64,000 nucleotides of DNA from contig CBDCWG010000012.1 in NCBI GenBank assembly GCA_965223345.1, positions 1,152,001 to 1,216,000 of the forward strand, written 5' to 3'. The notes under the pieces were generated by a model. The model was not told the DNA's origin, ran no database searches, and saw only the letters and a list, made by a program, of their open reading frames with translations. A program made the position numbers and the translations under genes. Source of the stretch: Nitrospinales bacterium (GTDB taxonomy: Bacteria; Nitrospinota; Nitrospinia; Nitrospinales; VA-1). This document shows, one piece after another, positions 56,401 to 64,000 of the stretch (the first letter of the stretch is position 1; every line of letters starts with the position of its first letter).

Positions 56401-57663
56401 TTATTGTGAACGGATGGCCTCGAAACGCTCGAAAAAATCCGGGAAGGATTTTTCGACGCAGCGGGGATCTTTGATTCTGACGCCCGGGATTTTGAGACCG
56501 GCGACCGCGAAGCTCATCGCCATGCGATGGTCGTGGTAGGTTTCGATGTCCGCGCCCCGGAGCGTTCCCGGAGTGACGGACAGGCTGTCCGCGCCGGTTT
56601 TCACGGTCGCGCCCAATCGGGTGAGCTCGTTTTCCAGCGCCTGAATCCGGTCGGTCTCCTTGATCCTCAGATTGCCGACCCCCTGCATCACGGTCTCCCC
56701 TTCGGCGAACAGGGCGACCACGGCGAGGGTCTGGACGGCATCGGGCATGCTATTCATATTGATGGTGATTCCCCGCAAAGGGTTTCCCTGAATCCGGATT
56801 TTTTCCGCCGATTTTTCCACGGCGCAGCCCATCTGCTGCAACACGTCCACGAATCCGGCGTCCCCCTGGACGCTGTTGGGGTTGAGCCCGGTGAGGGTGA
56901 GGTCCCCGCCCGTCACGGCGGCGGCGGCGAGGAAGTAGGAGGCGCTGGACCAGTCGGCCTCGACGCGGTAGGTCCGGGGCGCATAGGTGTTTCCGGCGGC
57001 GACGCGAAACAGAGCGTGGCTCTCATTTTCTACAGCGACGCCGAAGGCCCGCATGATGTCGAGGGTGATGTCCGCGTAGGATTTGGAGGTGAGGTCGCCC
57101 TCGATGCGGATGGTGGTGTCGTTGGTGAAATACGGCGCGCACAGCAGAATCGAGGTCAGGTACTGGGAACTTTTGTCGCCGGGCAGGCTGACCGCGCCGC
57201 CGGGAACCGCGCCGCCTTCGATGCGAAGCGGCGGGCAGCGGTTGTCGTTCTCGGAGACGGCGTGGACGTTCATCTGGCGCAGGCATTGCAGCAGGTCCTC
57301 GATGGGCCGCTGCTGCATGCGCGCATCGCCGGTGAGCCGCGTGGTGCCCTGCGCGAGGGCGGAAAACGTGGTCAGAAACCGCATCGTGGTGCCGGCGTTG
57401 CCGACGAAGATCTCCTCATCGGGCGCCTGCATCCTGCCGCCGCGGCCGGTCACCACGAACGCATCGCTTTCCTGTTTTATCGCGATGCCGAAACCCGTGA
57501 GCGCCCGGCTCATGTATTTCGTGTCGTCGCTCAACAGCGGGTTTTCGATGCGCGATTCGCCCTCCGCCAAAGCCGCGATCAAAAGCGCCCGGTTGGTGTA
57601 ACTTTTCGATGCAGGAATGGCGACGGTCGCCGAGATGTTCGTCGCGGGTTTGATTTCGATCAT
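56401..57663 (-). CDS. aroA: 3-phosphoshikimate 1-carboxyvinyltransferase
   Basis: SKSYTNRAL, GNAGTTMRF, SSQY, DWSSASYF, LRIKETDR, DHRMAMSF, KSFPDF. Confidence 0.96.
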   Translation of the reverse strand: MIEIKPATNISATVAIPASKSYTNRALLIAALAEGESRIENPLLSDDTKYMSRALTGFGIAIKQESDAFVVTGRGGRMQAPDEEIFVGNAGTTMRFLTTFSALAQGTTRLTGDARMQQRPIEDLLQCLRQMNVHAVSENDNRCPPLRIEGGAVPGGAVSLPGDKSSQYLTSILLCAPYFTNDTTIRIEGDLTSKSYADITLDIMRAFGVAVENESHALFRVAAGNTYAPRTYRVEADWSSASYFLAAAAVTGGDLTLTGLNPNSVQGDAGFVDVLQQMGCAVEKSAEKIRIQGNPLRGITINMNSMPDAVQTLAVVALFAEGETVMQGVGNLRIKETDRIQALENELTRLGATVKTGADSLSVTPGTLRGADIETYHDHRMAMSFAVAGLKIPGVRIKDPRCVEKSFPDFFERFEAIRSQ

Positions 57664-57888
57664 GCGAAGCGTGGGATTCTTAACTGTCGGGAAAAAGGCA
57701 CACTATACCACATCGGCCGGGCCGCTGCCCGCACGGGCGCGTCGTTTGCCCGGCCGTCCGGACGGCGGGTTTTTCCGGGGCCGGGCCGCCCTTGTTTCTG
57801 GATGTCAGGTTTGATATGCTTTCGTTGCCTTTATCCTCCGCAATCAGCTTGCAAGACATTCAATTTAAAGGTTTTTGGTGGTGACCGC

Positions 57889-58179
57889 ATGGAACAGGAA
57901 AAACCGTCTCTGTGGTACCGGTTGTGGGACCACAAATCGGAAAAAGAAAAACAGAGGATCAAGTCGTACATCCCGCTCATCCTCTATACGGTGGCGTTCG
58001 TCTACGGAGTGATCTACCTCTCCATTCTGAATACCGTAAACCGCTACAACAGCGGGGTCACGGTCAAATCCTGGTTCGGCGGCGACCGGCCGGAAGTGAT
58101 CGCGGCGCGGGAAAAAGAAAAAACGCAGATCGAGGAAAGCTTTCATCAGATACGCAAACGGGTCTCCGGGGGCCGTTAG
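57889..58179 (+). CDS. Small single-TM hypothetical protein (96 aa)
   Basis: MEQEKPSLWYRLW...YIPLILYTVAFVYGVIYLSIL; ATG 57889 after GGTGG, at the 3' end of track ORF 56527..58179. Confidence 0.65.
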   Translation: MEQEKPSLWYRLWDHKSEKEKQRIKSYIPLILYTVAFVYGVIYLSILNTVNRYNSGVTVKSWFGGDRPEVIAAREKEKTQIEESFHQIRKRVSGGR

Positions 58180-58229
58180 CCTCAGGCACCAAGTGATCGT
58201 ACGGCAATCTCCACATCGATGAGGATGGA

Positions 58230-58775
58230 ATGAAACGTCTGGTCTACACATTCAATATGTTCTATCTGTTCTCTCTTTCCCTGTGGCTGGCGGGGATGTT
58301 TCTTCTCGGCATCCTGGTCGAGGTCATGGTGCGCGTGACCCTGCGCGAGCAGCCCGAGCTGGGCAGCAAGATCATGAACAAGATCATGGACGTCTACAAT
58401 GTGAACATCATCTACACTTGCATCGGTTTGATTCTGGCGGCGGAACTGGTTCGCTTCCTGGTGTACAAATATGGCAACACAGGGCTTGAGCTTCCAAGGG
58501 TGACGAAGCGCCGTTACACGCGCGAGGTGATTCTGGGGATCATGATCGTTCTGGCGATATACATGGGAAGCGTTCTGCGGCCACAGATGCATGCGGTGGA
58601 CAAACTGAAAAAGGCCAGCCCGGCGGATCAGAAACTGCAGATTCAGTTCGACCGGTACCATTCCCGGCTCACTTGGTTCTATACCGTCAACATGATCCTC
58701 GGATTGTCCTTGTTTTACATTCACGGCAAGGAGATGGTGCGTTTTAGAGAACAACCACAGGATGAAGCGTCCTGA
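58230..58775 (+). CDS. DUF4149 / TMEM205-like four-helix membrane protein
   Basis: SLWLAGMFLLG, LRPQMHA, FDRYHSRL...VN; four hydrophobic segments; GAGG RBS. Confidence 0.72.
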   Translation: MKRLVYTFNMFYLFSLSLWLAGMFLLGILVEVMVRVTLREQPELGSKIMNKIMDVYNVNIIYTCIGLILAAELVRFLVYKYGNTGLELPRVTKRRYTREVILGIMIVLAIYMGSVLRPQMHAVDKLKKASPADQKLQIQFDRYHSRLTWFYTVNMILGLSLFYIHGKEMVRFREQPQDEAS

Positions 58776-58822
58776 ATGTCTTCCCATCTTTTTCTTTCCG
58801 GATTAAAAGTTGAATCTGTTTG

Positions 58823-59788
58823 ATGTCAAACCGTCTCTCGATCGTTTCCCTCGTTGTCTGCCTGATCCTTTTCTGCACCGCTGGGTTCGTGTTTCCCGCG
58901 TGGGCGTTGCATGTGGGTGACGAGCATGAAGGGGAGCATCATGAACACGACAGCCCTGCCGCCCCGCCCACCAGACCGAAGCACGATTTTTCCTTGATGG
59001 TTAAAATCGCAGAGGGTACGTTCAAGAGAGGCTCCACGTTCGAACAGACCAAGGAGTACCTGCAGTGGTGCCGGGAGTACGACAAGGGCTGCGAACTCTG
59101 GTGGTTCAACGATGAATTTCCCGCCAAGCTGGTTTTTCTCGATAGTTACTGGATCGACATGTTCGAGGTCACCAACCAGGACTATCTGGAGTTCGTGAAA
59201 GCGACGGGGCACCGTCCGGCGCTCGACGATTCCTGCGAAACCGACAAATGCCGGGATGGCAATCTGTGGGAAGGCGCGTCGTTTCCCGAGAGCATTCGCC
59301 GCCAGCCGGTGACGCAGGTGAGCTGGTTCGATGCGAACGCCTACTGCCGCTGGCGCGGCAAGCGTCTGCCTTCGGAGGCGGAATGGGAAAAAGCGGCGCG
59401 CGGGCCGAGCGGCAGCGTCTATCCCTGGGGGCTGGCTTCGCCCGAGGGGCGCGCCACCTACCAGCGCAAATGGCGCGGCGTGTTCACGATGACGGACGTC
59501 GGCAGCTACCCAAACGGCGCTTCGATCTACGGCGTGTTCGACCTTGCCGGCAACGTGTGGGAGTGGGTGGACGACTGGTACCACATGAAATACTACAGCC
59601 TGGGAACCAAGAAAAACCCCAAAGGGCCGGCGAACGGCGAGTTCAAAGTGGTGCGCGGCGGCTCGTGGGTGAATTATCCGGATTCGTTGCGCAGCGCCCT
59701 GCGGCGCTGGAGCCGTCCGGAAGTGCGGTTCAACGACACGGGATTCCGCTGCGCGAAAGATGCCATCGATGAAACCAAAAAGAAGTGA
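58823..59788 (+). CDS. Exported formylglycine-generating enzyme (SUMF1/FGE-sulfatase domain) family protein with His-rich N-terminus
   Basis: FEVTN, QPVTQVSWFDANAYC, RLPSEAEWEKAARG, DLAGNVWEW, RGGSW, GFRCA; signal peptide then HVGDEHEGEHHEHD. Confidence 0.9.
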   Translation: MSNRLSIVSLVVCLILFCTAGFVFPAWALHVGDEHEGEHHEHDSPAAPPTRPKHDFSLMVKIAEGTFKRGSTFEQTKEYLQWCREYDKGCELWWFNDEFPAKLVFLDSYWIDMFEVTNQDYLEFVKATGHRPALDDSCETDKCRDGNLWEGASFPESIRRQPVTQVSWFDANAYCRWRGKRLPSEAEWEKAARGPSGSVYPWGLASPEGRATYQRKWRGVFTMTDVGSYPNGASIYGVFDLAGNVWEWVDDWYHMKYYSLGTKKNPKGPANGEFKVVRGGSWVNYPDSLRSALRRWSRPEVRFNDTGFRCAKDAIDETKKK

Positions 59789-61430
59789 CGCGCTGACTGA
59801 ACACGAGCGTAACATCCTGGCGCCCTACGTGTCGGATGTTTCGGCCAAGGTGTTCGCGCTCAAGAACCTCAACCCGGAGGTGATCGGCGCGGCGCTGGCG
59901 CGTTACAGCCGCGCGCCGACGGGGCTTAAGGAAACGGTGGCGCGGGAGTTTTTGAATCCGGACGGCACGCCCAACGAGGTCAAGGGCACGGAGCTGATCG
60001 ACCGCGTGGTGAACAAGTTCGGCGACGAGTCGGTGGCCGAACTGGCGGTGGCGCCGCTGTGCATCGAGGATGTGTCCAACCTGATGACCAAGATCATCGA
60101 AGACTGCCGCATCGGCGGTTCGCCGATCGAGGAATCCACCCGCTACGTTCTGTACGACGAGAAGAAAGAAGGGCAGTGGCGCTACGTGCGGCCCGGCAAC
60201 ATCATGCAGTCCGGGCTGAAGGACCGCTTCATCGAGACGATGGAGTTTCTGTTCGAAAGTTACGCCCGTCTGGTCGAACCGATGCAGGAGCTGTTTCGCA
60301 GGCGGTTGCCCAAAGAGCGGTTCGCCATCGAGGTGGAACGGGGAGGCCGGATCGAGAAATGCACGTTCGCGGAACTTGCCGGCGATGGCGAGCGCAAGGC
60401 GCATCGCATTGCCTACAGCTTCACCATTCGCAGCGCCGCCTGCGACGTCATCCGCTGCATTCTGCCGGCCTGCACGCAGGCCAACCTGGGGCTGGTGGGA
60501 AACGGCCGCTTTTACACCGGGCTGTTGTCCAAGCTGCTGACGCAGAATCTGACCGAGGCGCACGCGCTGGCGGAATCCATTCAAACCGCCCTCAACACGC
60601 AGATCCCGACGTTCATCAAGCGCGCGGCGAAAAACGACTACCTTGCGGAAAACCACCGGCGCATGCGCGCCCTGTGCGCCACCCTGTTTGAAGGCGTCCC
60701 CATCGAGAAAACCGATGAGGTGCTTCTGCTTGAGGACAGCAGGGACGAGGCGTTCGATTCGATGCTGGCGTCGATGGTGTTCCCGCATGTCTCGCATTCC
60801 ACACCGCAGATCCGGCGTGTGATCCAGTCGCTTTCCCAGGAAAAACGCATGGAAATCTTCTCCACGTATGTGGGAAAGCGCGAGAGCAAGCGCGACCGGC
60901 CGGGCCGGGCGCTGGAATACGGTTATCCCATCCAGTTCGACCTCATCGCCGGCTACGCGGAATACCGCGACCTGCAGCGTCACCGCATGCTGACCCAGCA
61001 GCGGCAGGACCTGGGGATCGCTCTGGGGTATTCGATTCCGGAGGAGATCCGCGAGGTGGGCGAGGAAGCGCTGGTGCAGGAATGCTTCGACCGTTCGGAA
61101 ACGCTGTACGGCGATCTCAAGCAGGCGGGGCTGCACGAGGAGGCGCAGTACGCGACCCTGTTCAATCATTACATTCGCTGGAACGTGGGGATGAATCTGC
61201 GGGAACTGGGGCATTTCACCGAACTGCGCTCGCAAAAGGCCGGGCATCCCAAATACCGGCGCACGGCTCAGCTCATGGCGCGGCTTTACCTCAAGCGGCA
61301 TCCCGAAATGGCGCCGGTACTCCAGTTTGTGGATCACAACGACTACGATCAAAGCATCGCGCGTGCGGAACAGGAAGCGCGCACGGCCCGCAAAAGCCTG
61401 GCGGCGGGGGTGTTCGACGATCAGGATTGA
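59769..61430 (+). CDS. thyX: FAD-dependent thymidylate synthase, tandem two-domain ThyX
   Basis: ARYSR, FGDESVAEL, IEESTRY, DVIRCILP in first half; RDLQRHR, NLRELGHFTELRS, GHPKYR in second half; start overlaps upstream gene (alternative start 59760). Confidence 0.85.
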   Translation: MKPKRSDALTEHERNILAPYVSDVSAKVFALKNLNPEVIGAALARYSRAPTGLKETVAREFLNPDGTPNEVKGTELIDRVVNKFGDESVAELAVAPLCIEDVSNLMTKIIEDCRIGGSPIEESTRYVLYDEKKEGQWRYVRPGNIMQSGLKDRFIETMEFLFESYARLVEPMQELFRRRLPKERFAIEVERGGRIEKCTFAELAGDGERKAHRIAYSFTIRSAACDVIRCILPACTQANLGLVGNGRFYTGLLSKLLTQNLTEAHALAESIQTALNTQIPTFIKRAAKNDYLAENHRRMRALCATLFEGVPIEKTDEVLLLEDSRDEAFDSMLASMVFPHVSHSTPQIRRVIQSLSQEKRMEIFSTYVGKRESKRDRPGRALEYGYPIQFDLIAGYAEYRDLQRHRMLTQQRQDLGIALGYSIPEEIREVGEEALVQECFDRSETLYGDLKQAGLHEEAQYATLFNHYIRWNVGMNLRELGHFTELRSQKAGHPKYRRTAQLMARLYLKRHPEMAPVLQFVDHNDYDQSIARAEQEARTARKSLAAGVFDDQD

Positions 61431-61443
61431 AGCTGTCTCAACT

Positions 61444-61513
61444 GGAAATTCGCAAGGTGGGGGAGGAACCCCCGGCCCGTACGAGGCCGAGGGGTCCGGT
61501 GAAGAAAGCGATT
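61444..61513 (-). ncRNA. Candidate small structured RNA (unassigned family)
   Basis: Lies just downstream of a near-consensus promoter; GC-rich hairpin GGACCCCUCGGCC-UCGUACG-GGCCGGGGGUUCC, closing UCGC/GCGA pairing; no ORF. Confidence 0.4.
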
Positions 61514-61520
61514 GAGTTCC

Positions 61521-61549
61521 AGTATATTTCCGAACTCCGATATTGTCAA
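61521..61549 (-). promoter_or_regulatory. Near-consensus sigma70 promoter on minus strand, facing the thyX 3' end
   Basis: TTGACA (61549-61544), 17 bp, TATACT (61526-61521). Confidence 0.7.
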
Positions 61550-62050
61550 GTTCATTTTCGGATGTCGGATTCAGGATTCCCGGCCCGGTAAGCCCCTGAT
61601 TTCAGGTGGTTGCGCTTTGCCTCCTGCCGCTTCGGACCGGGGCGGCGGCACTACGGCATCCCACCGCTTCCCTCCTTCAAAGCGGATTTTTTGATCGCGC
61701 CCGATTGCATTCAAACCGTTCTCAGTCCTGTGAAGCGTCCTCTCGCTGTAAGGGCGGTCTTCAGTTTGTGGCCTCGCTTCGTGTTCCGAACGGGCCGGTT
61801 TTTTTCTGCGACCCTTCCGCCTTTCCCCTCCCGAAAAAAAATTCGCAGAGCCCGCATTTTTTTTATGCGCGGGCGGCTTGATTTTTTTTCAAAAAAAAGT
61901 TTTGCAAATAGTTTAAAACAACATTTTATGTTATGGTATGCGCTTCGGATTTTCAGTGTAGCGGCGTTGCCGTGGAAAATTTTTTATTTTGGATCCAGCA
62001 TCCACGATGGGATTGCGGTGGCTCTGGATCGATGATGAGGGAAAAATACG

Positions 62051-63604
62051 ATGAAAATTGGGGTGCCCAAAGAAGTCCATGCTGGCGAAAAGCGAGTGGC
62101 GACCACCCCCGAGGTCGCAAAGCAGCTCATCAAACTGGGTTTCGAAGTCGCCATCGAATCGGGTGCCGGTGCCGCCGCCGATTATACAGACGCAGCGTAT
62201 GCAGAAGCGGGCGTCACGGTTGTGAACGACACCCGGCAGCTCTGGAGTGACAGCGATATCATTCTGAAAGTTCGTGGCCCCGAAAGGAACCCGGACCTGA
62301 ACGTGGATGAGGTGGATCTGCTCAAAGAGGGTCAGATCTACATTTCCTTCCTGTGGCCGGCGCAAAATCCCGAACTTCTCAAAACATTGGCCGAAAAAAA
62401 AGTGACCGCCCTGGCAATGGACATGGTGCCGCGTATTTCCCGGGCGCAAAAGATGGACGCCCTCAGCTCCATGGCGAACATCGCCGGATACCGGGCCGTT
62501 GTCGAAGCCGCTCAGCATTTTGGCCGGTTCTTCACCGGGCAGATCACAGCGGCGGGAAAAGTCCCTCCGGCAAAAGTCATGGTCATCGGCGCGGGGGTGG
62601 CGGGTCTGGCTGCCATCGGCGCCGCCAAAAGTATGGGCGCGATTGTGCGGGCTTTCGATACCCGGCCGGAAGTGAAGGAACAGGTCGAGAGCATGGACGC
62701 GGAGTTTCTGGAACTCGATTTTGAAGAAGAGGGTTCCGGCACCGGCGGATACGCGAAGGTGATGAGTAAAGAATTCATCGAAGCGGAGATGGCCCTCTTC
62801 GCGGAGCAGGCCAAGGAAGTGGACATCATCATCACGACGGCGTTGATCCCCGGCAAACCGGCTCCGGAGCTGATTCTGGAGGACATGGTCGCTTCCATGA
62901 AAGAGGGCAGCGTGATCGTGGACCTCGCCGCGGAACAGGGCGGCAACTGCAAGCTGACCGAAGCGGGAAAAGTGATCCGGGTGCACGGGGTCTCTGTCAT
63001 CGGCTACACCGATCTGCCGAGCCGTCTGGCGGCGACATCGAGCCAGTTGTATGCAACGAATCTGCGCCACCTGCTCTCGGACATGTGCAAGGACAAAGAC
63101 GGCAATGTGAAAGTGGATTTTGACGACGAAGTGGTTCGCGGAGCGACGGCTGTCAAGGAGGGGGAGATCACCTTCCCGCCGCCTGCGCCCAAACTCTCCG
63201 CGGCGCCGGCCAAACCGGCGGAGCCCGCCAAGCTGCCTGAAGAGCCCAAGGAAGAGAAACCTTCCTGGGTGGGGCCGGTCGTCACGTTCGCGCTTGGGGC
63301 CTTGACCCTGCTGGGAGTGGGGGCCGTTGCGCCTGCCTCCTTCATGGCTCACTTCACCGTATTCGTTCTGGCCTGCTTTGTCGGCTACATGGTGATCTGG
63401 AATGTGACGCCGGCGTTGCACACTCCGTTGATGAGTGTGACCAACGCCATCAGCAGCATCATCATCGTGGGCGCGATCATACAAATCAGTTCTGGAGAAA
63501 CTCTTCTTATGGCGGTGGCGGCGTTCGCATGCCTGATCACCGCCGTCAATATCGTGGGCGGGTTTGCGGTGACACGCCGCATGCTTGACATGTTTCGCAA
63601 GTAG
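62051..63604 (+). CDS. pntA: NAD(P) transhydrogenase subunit alpha (single-chain)
   Basis: MKIGVPKE...[60 protein letters not shown]. Confidence 0.97.
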   Translation: MKIGVPKEVHAGEKRVATTPEVAKQLIKLGFEVAIESGAGAAADYTDAAYAEAGVTVVNDTRQLWSDSDIILKVRGPERNPDLNVDEVDLLKEGQIYISFLWPAQNPELLKTLAEKKVTALAMDMVPRISRAQKMDALSSMANIAGYRAVVEAAQHFGRFFTGQITAAGKVPPAKVMVIGAGVAGLAAIGAAKSMGAIVRAFDTRPEVKEQVESMDAEFLELDFEEEGSGTGGYAKVMSKEFIEAEMALFAEQAKEVDIIITTALIPGKPAPELILEDMVASMKEGSVIVDLAAEQGGNCKLTEAGKVIRVHGVSVIGYTDLPSRLAATSSQLYATNLRHLLSDMCKDKDGNVKVDFDDEVVRGATAVKEGEITFPPPAPKLSAAPAKPAEPAKLPEEPKEEKPSWVGPVVTFALGALTLLGVGAVAPASFMAHFTVFVLACFVGYMVIWNVTPALHTPLMSVTNAISSIIIVGAIIQISSGETLLMAVAAFACLITAVNIVGGFAVTRRMLDMFRK

Positions 63605-63615
63605 GAGGCGATTCG

Positions 63616-64000
63616 ATGAGCGCAGGTATAGTGACCGCCTCTTATATCGGGGCGACCATTCTTTTCATTCTGGCATTGGGCGGATTGAGCCATCCGGAAA
63701 CCTCCCGGCGCGGCAACGTGTATGGCATCCTGGGCATGACCATTGCCCTGATCGCCACCATCTCCGGGGTCACGGCCAATCTGCCGGTTCTGATCGCAAC
63801 CCTGGTGATCGGCGGCGCCATCGGCCTGGTTCTGGCGCGCCGCGTGCAGATGACGGAGATGCCCGAACTGGTCGCCATTCTGCACAGTCTGGTCGGGCTG
63901 GCGGCGGTTCTGGTCGGTTTTGCCAATTTCATGGACCCCGATGTGCATTTTACCGGGACGGAACTCACCATCCACGATATCGAAACCTATCTGGGAATTC
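63616..64000 (+). CDS. pntB: NAD(P) transhydrogenase subunit beta, N-terminal part (truncated by window edge)
   Basis: Not in ORF track; ATG 63616 after [40 protein letters not shown]...[25 protein letters not shown]. Confidence 0.95.
   Translation, partial: MSAGIVTASYIGATILFILALGGLSHPETSRRGNVYGILGMTIALIATISGVTANLPVLIATLVIGGAIGLVLARRVQMTEMPELVAILHSLVGLAAVLVGFANFMDPDVHFTGTELTIHDIETYLGI

Noticed and set aside
54313..57888. Plus-strand ORFs 54313..56409 and the 5' part of 56527..58179
   Set aside because: Antisense to yyaL-like and aroA; only the last 96 codons (from ATG 57889) look like a real gene.
58823..59788. True formylglycine-generating (sulfatase-maturing) enzyme
   Set aside because: Catalytic Cys pair after RGGS is absent and no sulfatase gene is in the window.
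61606..62250. ORFs 61606..61881, 61610..62035 and 61933..62250
   Set aside because: Atypical composition across homopolymer tracts, non-ATG starts, no motifs; treated as intergenic or out-of-frame with pntA.

Overview
GC-rich bacterial chromosomal window, densely coding (about 56 CDS). I could not support any rRNA, tRNA, CRISPR array, integrase or transposase. Gene content and style suggest a Nitrospinota/deltaproteobacteria-like Gram-negative organism (inference only). Left to right: radical SAM C-terminus plus CDP-alcohol phosphotransferase; LON-N protein; an apparent operon of a circularly permuted ATP-grasp-like ligase, glutaredoxin and KamA-type aminomutase; ExeA-SPOR/TPR/DUF502; a minus-strand flagellar block (flgC-fliFGHIJ-MotE-like, lacking flgB and fliE) behind a TPR protein, PAS kinase and sigma54 regulator, with two matching sigma54 promoters; c-di-GMP genes (GAF-GGDEF, HDOD, HD-GYP) around a pncA-pncB fusion; an enlarged M20 peptidase; a ~21 kb envelope glycosylation region (three GT-C/ArnT-like, two GT9, four GT4, GT2, two methyltransferases, three SDRs plus a cupin forming a split CapF/WbjC); AttH/CrtC-like, DDAH, GGCT-like, trxA, bioB, YyaL, aroA; a membrane protein-DUF4149-FGE-like-tandem ThyX cluster; pntA and the start of pntB. 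The best candidates for undescribed biology are the ATP-grasp/glutaredoxin/lysine-aminomutase operon (2.4-5.3 kb) and a promoter-driven, structured, ORF-less minus-strand small RNA candidate downstream of thyX (~61.44-61.55 kb). All calls come from motif recognition by eye, not database searches.
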